Part shown: in pieces, positions 39,523-50,481 of the stretch | Layout of the letters: every line of letters begins with the position of its first letter | Numbering within the stretch: the first letter of the stretch is position 1 | NCBI GenBank assembly: GCA_964016885.1 | Contig: OZ024762.1 | Span: 17,112,001 to 17,176,000 of the forward strand | Direction: 5' to 3' | Source of the DNA: Eledone cirrhosa | Taxonomy: Eukaryota | DNA: 64,000 nt | Made by a program: the position numbers and the translations under genes | The notes under the pieces: generated by a model | Told to the model about the DNA's origin: nothing | Database searches by the model: none | The model's input: only the letters and a program-made list of their open reading frames with translations

Positions 39523-39916
39523 GGGCGGTGGATTGGCAGTATCGGTAGAGGGTCGGACGCCATGCTTTCCAGCATAGTTACGTCCCTTTACGATCTGAAT
39601 TCAAATCCCGCCGAGGTTGACTTTGCCTTTCATCCTTACGGGGTCGATAAAATAAAGTACCAGTAATGCATTGGGTAATTGCTGGCCTTGTGCCTAAAGT
39701 AGAAACAATTATTATTGGTTTCTTATATAGGTACAAGGCCAGTCGAAGAAAGTCGATTAAATCGACCCCAGTGCGTGACTGGTACTTTATTTTATCGACC
39801 CCATAAGGATGAAAGGCAAAGTTAACATCGGCGGGACTTGAACTCAGATCATAAAGGGCCGTAACTCTGTGATGCAAAGCATAGCATCCGACCTTCTACC
39901 GATACTGCCAATCCAC
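39523..39916. mobile_element. Tail-to-tail pair of SINE family B
   Basis: + copy 39523-39710 and - copy 39716-39916. Confidence 0.9.
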
Positions 39917-40179
39917 ATATGACTAATAATAACACACACACACACACACACACACAGATGCACACACAGACGCACCGACACAGGTGCACGCAATTATACA
40001 CACACACACACACACACACACTCATACACAGACGCACACGCAGACGCACAGACACAGGTGCACGCACACACACATACACACACAAACACTCACACACATA
40101 ACGCACACAGACGTATACACACTCCCACTGTTTCTGTCTAACTAATTTCACTCTCCCCCAAAATCAGAGTCTGACGGAA

Positions 40180-40942
40180 GGTTACAACAAAAGACAGACC
40201 TGCCCTTGTTAAGTTCTCAGTCCTTAGTCGTCCCTTCTATATTACACACAAGACGTGGTTACAACAAAAGACACACTTGCCCTTGTTAAGTTCTCAGTCC
40301 TTAGTCGTCCCTTCTAGATTACACACACGACGTGGTTACAACAAAAGACAGACCTGCCCTTGTTAAGTTCTCAGTCCTTAGTCGTCCCTTCTATATTACA
40401 CACAAGACGTGGTTACAACAAAAGACACACCTGCCCTTGTTAAGTTCTCAGTCCTTAGTCGTCCCTTCTAGATTACACACAAGACGTGGTTACAACAAAA
40501 GACACACCTGCCCTTGTTAAGTTCTCAGTCCTTAGTCGTCCCTTCTAGATTACACACAAGACGTGGTTACAACAAAAGACAGACCTGCCCTTGTTAAGTT
40601 CTCAGTCCTTAGTCGTCCTTCTAGATTACACACAAGACGTGGTTACAACAAAAGACACACCTGCCCTTGTTAAGTTCTCAGTCCTTAGTCGTCCTTCTAG
40701 ATTACACACAAGACGTGGTTACAACAAAAGACACACCTGCCCTTGTTAAGTTCTCAGTCCTTAGTCGTCCTTCTAGATTACACACAAGACGTGGTTACAA
40801 CAAAAGACACACCTGCCCTTGTTAAGTTCTCAGTCCTTAGTCGTCCTTCTAGATTACACACAAGACGTGGTTACAACAAAAGACACACCTGCCCTTGTTA
40901 AGTTCTCAGTCCTTAGTCGTCCCTTCTAGATTACACACAAGA
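40180..40942. repeat. 76-77-bp minisatellite, about 10 copies
   Basis: Unit GGTTACAACAAAAGACACACCTGCCCTTGTTAAGTTCTCAGTCCTTAGTCGTCCCTTCTAGATTACACACAAGACGT. Confidence 0.95.
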
Positions 40943-41099
40943 TGTCCTAACTCCATCGTTCTGAAGACCCAGCTTTGTCACATACTGTCTGAAGATTACA
41001 TTGAGGGTACCCGTGTCTGTGGAATACTCAACCACATACACCAGAGTTTCCCAGCCAGAGAACCACGACCCATGGCTCTCACTGGGCAATGACTTTCTT

Positions 41100-41932
41100 A
41101 TATACACACTATTGGGTGTATATTCTTGTCTAAGTATAAATATATATACACACTATTGGGTATATATTCCCTAGGTATAAACATATATACACACTGTTGG
41201 GTGTATATTCTTGTCTAAGTATAAATATATATATATACACTATTGGGTATATATTCCCTAGGTATAAACATATATACACACTATTGGGTGTATATTCTTG
41301 TCTAAGTATAAATATATATATACACTATTGGGTATATATTCCCTAGGTATAAACATATATACACACTGTTGGGTGTATATTCTTCTCTAAATATAAACAT
41401 ATATACACACTATTGGGTATATATATATATATACACACTATTGGGTGTATATTATTCTCTGAATATAAACAATATATATACACACTGTTGGGTGTATATA
41501 TACATATATACACACTGTTGGGTATATATTGTTTTCTATATATAAACATATATACACACTGTTGGGTATATATTATTCTCTATATATAAACAATATATAA
41601 ACACACTGTTGGGTGTATATTCTCTAAATATATACATATATACACACTGTTGGGTATATATTATTCTCTATATATAAACAATATATATACACACTGTTAG
41701 GTGTATATTCTCTAAATATATACATATATACACACTATTGAGTATATATTATTCTCTTTATATAAACAATATATATACACACTGTTGGGTGTATATTCTC
41801 TAAATATATACATATATACACACTATTGGGTATATATTATTCTCTTTATATAAACAATATATATACACACTGTTGGGTGTATATTCTCTAAATATATACA
41901 TATATACACACTATTGGGTATATATTATTCTC
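41100..41932. repeat. ~36-44-bp AT-rich minisatellite
   Basis: Recurring ATACACACT(A/G)TTGGGT(G/A)TATATT. Confidence 0.9.
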
Positions 41933-42013
41933 TTTACTTGTTGAAACAACTGGAGTGTACAGATATCTTCCCTCATTACACACACACACATATATATATA
42001 CATACACACACAG

Positions 42014-42088
<75 letters not shown>

Positions 42089-42164
42089 CATAAACACGCT
42101 GACGAACACATACACAAATACACATACACACACACACAAACACCCACACATACACACATGCACA

Positions 42165-42208
<44 letters not shown>

Positions 42209-42299
42209 ACACACACACACACACACATGAATTAAGGACGTCACATCGCTCAATTTAAATGAGTAAGTTATTTATCCAAAAATCTTCCTTCATTATTTC

Positions 42300-43230
42300 A
42301 CATAAGTACCTTTGTTAAGTTACATTCCAAACACCAGACTGACAACGAGAAAATTATTATGACCAAATCCCTCCAAATTCCTGAATATTTTCGAAATTAT
42401 TTGAAAATCTTCGACAGTGGTTTTCATTAGAAATATGTTAATGAAAGGGTTAAAGTATTTATATTTATCTAAAAACCTTCCATCATAATTTTATGTAAGA
42501 ACGTTTGTTAAGTTATGTTCCAAACACCAACAGTGACATTCGTTCGAAATATGGTAATGAAAGGGTTAAAATATATTTATCTAAAAACCTTCCATCACAA
42601 TTTTATGTAAGAACCTTTGTTAAGTTATATTCCTAACACCAGCCCTGTTAGTTAAAAAAAAATGTATATTTGAAAGTGTTTATATTTATCTAAAAAACTT
42701 TGTCATAATTTACGTAAGAACCTTTGTTAAGTTATGTCCCAAACACCAACCCTGGTAGTTAAAAAAAAATGTATATTTGAAAGTGTTTATATTTATCTAA
42801 AAAACATTCTGTCATAATTTACGTAAGAAACTTTGTTAAGTTATGTTCCTAACACCAACCCTGGTAGTTAAAAAAAAATGTATATTTGAAAGTGTTTATA
42901 TTTATCTAAAAAACTTTCTGTCATAATTTACGTAAGAACCTTTGTTAAGTTATGTCCCAAACACCAACCCTGGTAGTTAAAAAAAAATGTATATTTGAAA
43001 GTGTTTATATTTATCTAAAAAACATTCTGTCATAATTTACGTAAGAAACTTTGTTAAGTTATGTTCCTAACACCAACCCTGGTAGTTAAAAATAAATGTA
43101 TATTTGAAAGTGTTTATATTTATCTAAAAAACATTCTGTCATAATTTACGTAAGAACTTTTGCTTGGTTAAGGTGCAAAGACCAAGTTAATGAATAAGTT
43201 AGTTATATTACTAAACCCTTCCGAATTCTT
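42300..43230. repeat. ~118-120-bp tandem array from a dispersed repeat also at 21400-22490
   Basis: TAAGAACCTTTGTTAAGTTATG..CCAAACACCA units; AAAGGGTTAA ends suggest a piggyBac-like origin. Confidence 0.7.
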
Positions 43231-43699
43231 GATTATTTTCAGTATGAAATGAAAATGAATACATAACTGTGTTTTAAAGTGGTAATCTAGAAATTTTCCA
43301 CCATAATATTGAGTGTGTGTCTGTGAAACTTCTAGCTGCGGGTAGCCAACTCTGTGCCGATGGTGGTAAGTAAGGAGGTGATCCTAGGGCTCAGGATACC
43401 AGACGTTCCTATTGCTACGGGCTCGATCACAAACCTGTCGGAGAGCGACTAGTATTAGGAGAGTTTATGATTCTAGGCCTGAAGTGCAGCAAAACCTGGG
43501 TTAGTTGCAAACTGCACCAGGTTGCCGCTGGAGAATATAGGCAGTGTTTTTCATTATGAAAATTGCGAATAACTTGAATCAGAGATCAGAGCAAAAGTTT
43601 AGCAAAATCAAATCTCCCCACAAAACTACAATTATTGTACAAATAAACACCCTTCTTAGCTATTTCCTTGTAAATTTCCCTGTCTCTCTGTATATTTTT

Positions 43700-43965
43700 T
43701 CACTCTCAGAGTTGCTGAAGCATGGAAGAAACTACCTGCATCAGTTGTTAGCTGTCAGGACACTGCATCCTTCAAAACTTCCATACTTCCCAAAATTCAC
43801 CAACACTACATCTGATATTCCACCTCCATACACACCCACACATGTATCAGTGTGTCTATCATGACTCATACACTGTTCATTTTCCTGACATTTCTACATT
43901 ATTCTATGTACTATACATACACCTTTGATGAGTTGTAGTGCACCTGAGCACTGTACACAATAATT
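43700..43965 (+). pseudogene. CR1-type LINE 3' end
   Basis: FSLRVAEAWKKLPASVVSCQDTASFKTS, typical CR1 ORF2 C-terminus, followed by 3' UTR and (ATT)n. Confidence 0.75.
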
Positions 43966-44179
43966 TTCATTATTTTATTATTATAGAAACATACAAAAAC
44001 ACACACACAGACACAGACACAGAGACACACACAGGCACACACACACACAAACACACACACACACACCGACACACACACACACACACACACACATACACAC
44101 ACACATATGCATACAAGCAAACGGTCATTCATACACACATACAAAGTACATATAATGTAAATGTGATTATAATATGAGA

Positions 44180-44210
<31 letters not shown>

Positions 44211-44211
44211 C

Positions 44212-44383
44212 ACAGGTTAAATTCCGTTATAACGAATACCATTATAACGAATTTTTCAGTATAACGACATTTTTTTCAATCCCAGGCGACTCGCTCGATG
44301 TGTTTGGTCGATCTCATTATAAAGAGACTTTCCTTACAACGAATTTTTATACCCCATCTTTTCCGTTATAACGGAGTTTCACT
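44212..44383. mobile_element. Tigger/pogo-like MITE
   Basis: Termini AAATTCCGTTATAACG / CGTTATAACGGAGTTTCACT; TA-rich flanks. Confidence 0.65.
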
Positions 44384-44387
44384 ATAT

Positions 44388-44437
<50 letters not shown>

Positions 44438-44582
44438 CAAATATATATATATACATACGAATATATATATACATATATATATACATACAAATATATATAT
44501 ATACATACATATATACATACAAATATATATATATACATACATATATACATACAAATATATATATATACATATATATATACAT

Positions 44583-44629
<47 letters not shown>

Positions 44630-44635
<6 letters not shown>

Positions 44636-44947
44636 TAAAAGGAATTTCAACTTTGTCTGATTTACTTGTTTTATTTACAATGCTTTAAAATTTATAATGG
44701 TATTAGAATGAAATAGTATGGTAGAATATTAAATGTTAAGGGTTAATAGAACAAGTACTTTCATGCTTTCGCAATCTTCAGGTTCATATTCTGTGGTGAC
44801 AGTCAAGTTTGCAATTTTCAACTATTTCATTCTAATACCATATTATATAAATTTTAAAGGATTGTAAATAAAACGAGTAAATCAGACAAAGTTGGAATTC
44901 CTTTTATTAATATAATCTTCTATACACAATCATACACACCCGTGTAT
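44630..44947. mobile_element. PLE-like fold-back element
   Basis: Arms 44630-44717 and 44821-44912; hammerhead in the spacer. Confidence 0.8.
44749..44785 (-). ncRNA. Minimal type I hammerhead ribozyme
   Basis: GAAC CTGAAGA TTGC-GAAA-GCAT GAAAG TA CTT GTTC; palindromic AAGTACTT at stem III. Confidence 0.8.
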
Positions 44948-44958
44948 CTCTCTCTCTA

Positions 44959-45043
<85 letters not shown>

Positions 45044-45153
45044 TTACAAATATATACACATATATATATACATACAAATATATATATATATATATATATA
45101 CATACAAATATATATATATATACATACAAATATATACACATATATATATACAT

Positions 45154-45228
<75 letters not shown>

Positions 45229-45261
45229 TATATATATATATACATATATATACATATATAC

Positions 45262-45296
<35 letters not shown>

Positions 45297-45355
45297 TATA
45301 TGTATATGTTATGGAATACTGTTAGCCTCTCGCTACAACAATTTCTATACTTTTC

Positions 45356-45424
<69 letters not shown>

Positions 45425-45440
45425 ATATATATATATATAT

Positions 45441-45639
45441 AAGAAAAGAGTCAGGACCCCGACGGCTGAGCTCCGGCCGTTTCGATTGCTAGAAATGAAG
45501 GTTTCAGACTTAGCTGTCGAAACGGCCGAAGCTCAGCCGTCGGGGTCATACTTGTTCCTATTACCCACTCTACTACCCTAAGTATTGAGTACTCTGGTGC
45601 GGTATGGTCCACCTGGTTCCTTACCACACCTCCTTCGTT
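45441..45639. mobile_element. P1 fold-back element
   Basis: GAAACGGC-CGAAGCTCA-GCCGTC GGGGTC; tail on the right; (TA)n flanks. Confidence 0.85.
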
Positions 45640-45663
45640 ATATATACATATACATATATATAC

Positions 45664-45709
<46 letters not shown>

Positions 45710-45765
45710 TTATATATATATATATACATACATATATATATACATATATATATATATATACACAC

Positions 45766-45813
<48 letters not shown>

Positions 45814-46049
45814 ATATGACTTAAATTTAGGTTTAATCAATATACATATAAAATAAGTATCGATAATGTATCTCAATAAAAGCTCAATAAACTTCTGTTT
45901 AGAGTATCAATAATGTAAAACAAATTTGTCTATGATTGGATGGTCATATTTGGAAGTACAGCCATTTAAATATAACTTAATTGTTATGCGAGTAATATTT
46001 TTATTTAACACATTAAATTCTATTTGTTATTCTATTTTGTTATCAATAT

Positions 46050-46225
46050 ACTACTAAAACTCTGTGATTGTGTGCTTGTCTGTAATTTAATACAGCCAAA
46101 ACGGTGCCTAATGGGCAAATAATTTGAAATAAAATTGACCCTGAAATGGGAATACAAATGAAATAAATCAAATTTCGCATAAATCATAGCTCGGGTTCAC
46201 GAGATACGGGATTTTTCCGGGTACC

Positions 46226-46302
<77 letters not shown>

Positions 46303-46469
46303 AGGGGGATGGGAGAGGGAGATGGAGAGAGGGAGAGAAGGAGGAGGGAGCGAGAGTGGGAGAGGGAGAGAGAGAGAGTAGATTGAAAAAGAGACATATC
46401 TGGGTATATTCTAATTATTTGAAAATTATTTTTAAGTGAACATGACCCACGGGTCACGGGTGATCCTAG
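46050..46469 (+). mobile_element. Possible non-autonomous Helitron
   Basis: 3' hairpin GACCCACGGGTC followed by CTAG|T; 5' end uncertain. Confidence 0.4.
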
Positions 46470-46532
46470 TAAGGACCAAAACCTGGTTACTTTCTCAATA
46501 GATATATCTCAATATATCGTCTAAAATTATTT

Positions 46533-46601
<69 letters not shown>

Positions 46602-46680
46602 GGTAAACAGAAATACCAAAAAATCGGCACAGTACATGGAAGGAATATATTAGTTTAACGCTTGAGAGATCTCGGTCGAG

Positions 46681-46757
<77 letters not shown>

Positions 46758-46759
<2 letters not shown>

Positions 46760-46986
46760 CGAAGGAAATGTGGTAAGGAACCAGATGGACCATACCGCAC
46801 CAAAGTACTCAATACTTAGGGTAGTAGAGTGGGTAATAGGAACGAGTAGGACCCCGACGGCTGAGCTCAAGCCGTTTCGACGGCTAATTCTGGACTGATA
46901 TATATAACATATATACATATATATGAGTCCAGAATTAGCCGTCGAAACGGCTTGAGCTCAGCCGTCGGGGTCCTACTCGTTCCTAT
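46758..46986. mobile_element. P1 fold-back with a TA-rich loop
   Basis: Perfect arms 46836-46896 and 46926-46986. Confidence 0.9.
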
Positions 46987-47015
46987 ATATATATATATAT
47001 ACACACGTACATATA

Positions 47016-47080
<65 letters not shown>

Positions 47081-47156
47081 TTATATATATATATTATATA
47101 AGTATATATTTATTAAAATAACAGATTAAAGTTTAAGCAAAGAATCGCTGCTTTCA

Positions 47157-47187
<31 letters not shown>

Positions 47188-47216
47188 ATGTATATATGTA
47201 TATATGTTATATATAT

Positions 47217-47605
47217 TAGGGTGCCCTTATTTTTCAACCTTCTAAAAGTTTAACTCCCACCCACCTATCTTGTTCCAATTAACAAAAACCCAATCTCTGC
47301 AAAACTTTACCCCAATCGGACAACTGTTAGGCGACCCTCATCGACCGTGAAATTTTGAAGTTTTCTCCCGGAAAATCATTTTTTCAGATAAAAGTCTTTT
47401 ATCTCTTATTTAATTTTCTCTTAAATTAAAATCTTGTTCAGACTTATTCTTAGTATCAGAAGGATAAATGACAATAAATATAATAGGGAAGGCAACTTGC
47501 AAAGCTGTGGACAGAGCGTAGGTATAGGGCAAACACCTATTTTTTGCTGTGGGAGCAGCAACATTTTAACTTTCGGAAAATTATCTATTGCTAAGGGCCA
47601 CCCTG
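47217..47605. mobile_element. hATm-like MITE; related right end at 49440-49566
   Basis: TTAGGGTGCCCTTA / TAAGGGCCACCCTGA termini; shared CAATCGGACAACTGTTAGGCGACCCTCA subterminal motif. Confidence 0.6.
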
Positions 47606-47662
47606 ATATACATATATCCGTATGTGGTTGAGAGCTGAGAGAAATGAGTACTCGGTATTGAG

Positions 47663-47699
<37 letters not shown>

Positions 47700-47702
<3 letters not shown>

Positions 47703-48114
47703 GATATTAAATAAATGGAAACTATATTTATAAAACCATATTTATTTCATTATATATATTTCAGGGATATCATATTAACAATATGCTATGCCTTCCTCAG
47801 ACAAAATACAATATAGACAGTTTTATAGATAAATAGATTTGACATACCGTCAACTTTTCAAATACAAGTCGATGTTGAACGGTATGTCAAATCTATTTAT
47901 CTATAAAACTGTCTATATTGTATTTTGTCTGAGGAAGGCATAGCATATTGTTAATATGATATCCCTGAAATATATATAATGAAATAAATATGGTTTTATA
48001 AATATAGTTTCCATTTATTTAATATCGTAAATATACTCCAAATACTTGTCGAGTGCTTTTATATCAGTTATAAATATTTACTAGTTGTAACCCAACAATT
48101 TTAAATATAACTTT

Positions 48115-48118
<4 letters not shown>
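47700..48118. mobile_element. PLE-like family P4 fold-back with ~150-bp perfect arms and two hammerheads
   Basis: TATTTTGT CTGAGGA AGG..CCT GAAAT ATAT ATA ATGAAATA at 47921-47986, mirrored at 47742-47807; tail 48030-48118. Confidence 0.85.
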
Positions 48119-48187
<69 letters not shown>

Positions 48188-48189
<2 letters not shown>

Positions 48190-48591
48190 GGAGGTGAGTT
48201 TTATTGTAGTACAATAAAGCAATGCAGATATCAGATAAGAAGCACTCTACAGTTTGTAGGACTGGAGTATACATAATATAAGATCAAAAGATGGTTAAAG
48301 GAGTTCCATGTATTTTATTATGCGCATTTCAAAAACAAACATCATCATGCAATAATATTTGTGTTTTCATCAGATAAAACAGGAGAACATGAGATGAGGG
48401 CTAAAAAACACTTGTGGATAGTGCAGTTGATTTAAAACTGAACTATCCACAAGTGTTTTTTAGCCTTCATATCATGTTCTCCTGTTTTATCTGATGAAAA
48501 CACAAATATTATTGCATGATGATGTTTGTTTTTGAAATGCGCATAATAAAATACATGGAACTCCTTTAACCATCTTTTGATCTTATATTAT
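48188..48591. mobile_element. PLE-like fold-back with ~155-bp arms and two hammerheads
   Basis: GTTTTAT CTGATGA [long stem II] GAAAT GCGC ATA ATAAAAT at 48484-48552, mirrored at 48312-48380; tail 48188-48273. Confidence 0.9.
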
Positions 48592-48632
48592 ATATATATA
48601 TATTAGAAAGTGAACAACACAAAATGTAATTA

Positions 48633-48692
48633 CTCCATTACCAAAGGTTTCTGGATCTCAGACAATACGTCTGGATCGGTCGTCAGACAGAG
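48633..48692 (-). ncRNA. Type I hammerhead ribozyme
   Basis: CTCTGT CTGACGA CCGATCCAGAC-GTATT-GTCTGAGATCCA GAAACC TTT GGTA ATGGAG; about 30 nt from (TA)n. Confidence 0.75.
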
Positions 48693-49562
48693 ATGTTAGG
48701 GATAAAAAATATGAAATGAGATTTAAAACCTGTTAAAAATTGGAAGTGAGGCTGGAAAAATAACGGGAAATATACATAAGAAAAGAAGGGCAAGAAAAAT
48801 AATATATAAAAGTATATAGCAATAATGAAAAAGACATATGTGTGCATACATATACACACACATACAGATATAAGTAAAATATATAAATATATGTTTTTTG
48901 CTTTGCTTTTATATGCATATATACATATATATGATATGTGTATATATATATATACATATATACTCTCCTTACGATCCTTGCTTTCATATTTCTCCTTGCT
49001 CCCCTTTTCTCATTGTATTTGTATATAAACAAGTGCATAGATACAAGGAGAAAGGGAGAGCAAGGAGAAAAGGAGAGAAAGGAGAGCAAGGAGAAAGGGA
49101 GAGCAAGAAGAGAAAGGAGAGCAAAGAGAAAGGAGAGCAACGAGAAAAGAGCAAAGGAGAGCAGGGAGAGCAAAGAGAAAAGGAGAGCAAGGGGAAAAGG
49201 AGAGCAATGAGAAAAGAGGAGCAAGGAGAGCAATGAGAAAAGGAGAGCAAGGAGAGGTTAAGGGAAATATTGCTCAGGTTATGCTGGAAGCAAACAAAGA
49301 TGAAGAAGAGGAAGAAGAAGAGGTTGCCTGGATATGTCCACATTTAAATTTCTCTAAGAAGAAAAAAGAAAATGGTCGAGATAGGGAACAGTCTACCGCT
49401 TTTGAACAGAATTAATCGTTGCGTATACTATGTTCCAGCTTGAAGGCTTTTGAGGGTCGCCTAACAGTTGTCCGATTGGGCTGAAATTTTGCAAACCCCG
49501 TTGTTTGGTTGATTGAAACAGGTTTAGGGCGTGGGAGCAATGACCTATTGCTAAGGGCCTCC

Positions 49563-49623
<61 letters not shown>

Positions 49624-49814
49624 TCATCATCATCATCATCATCATCAGGTTTAGCGTCCGTGTTCCACGCTTGCATGGGTTTGGACGGGGGTTTTCCCAC
49701 TTGAGGCAAGAGTGGTTGTCTTGCTCGTATAGGACTGTCTGGCGGGTTTTCTACAGTTGGATGCCCTTCCTAACACCAACCACATTTACAGTGTGGGGCT
49801 GGGAGGTTTTTACC

Positions 49815-49895
<81 letters not shown>

Positions 49896-50199
49896 GGGGG
49901 GGGGAGTGACAAATTACTCAATATAATAATGTAGACTATAATGATATTATGACTCAGTACTGTTGAGGTTTCGTGTTTAAGTCTGAATCAAACATGGCCG
50001 ACAGTCTAGTGAATCGTTGGAAAACATCCCAAATTAGAAACAGACATTGGCGGGAAGAACCACTCCTGGGCTTCAAACTGGGGCAGGGGCAGTGGAAGCC
50101 TTTCTGAATCGGGGTTCGGGCCAAATTTGGTTAATTTAGTTGTAGTGATTGGTTTAACTGTTATTATCAAATATCAACCAAGATATATAAAAAATTAAA

Positions 50200-50481
50200 A
50201 ATGCCGTAGACATACAATTCAATGGGAGGAAACATAATAGCACCACTGATGATGTTGCAGATGTGCGACGAAAGAACTTTGATAGACTATATATATATAT
50301 ATATATATTTATATCTGTATTTTTAACCGCTGGTCAATCAATGATAAACATTGATTGCCAAATAAATTAACTATGGAGATATAAATGATACAGAAGCGAA
50401 AACCAACCAAACCGTGAGTGTGTTCTGTTATTATTTCTGGCAATATTATTACAACAATATGACGCTCCCCAAGTATAACAA
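50200..50481 (+). mobile_element. P3 copy with hammerhead core
   Basis: CTGATGA TGTTGCA-GATG-TGCGAC GAAAG AA CTT at 50246-50279. Confidence 0.8.

Noticed and set aside
47700-48030. Fold-backs as ordinary MITEs
   Set aside because: Arms are asymmetric with a one-sided tail, inner breakpoints vary between copies, and they contain ribozyme cores, unlike TIR-defined MITEs.
49233-49415. Host exon VMLEANKDEEEEEEVAWICP
   Set aside because: Lies just inside the right end of an hATm-like element; more likely a transposon remnant.
49940-50010. Hammerhead on the minus strand (CTGTCGG...GAAAC)
   Set aside because: Two core mismatches and poor stem I pairing; similar weak cases at 15813-15856 and 26347-26380 were also not called.
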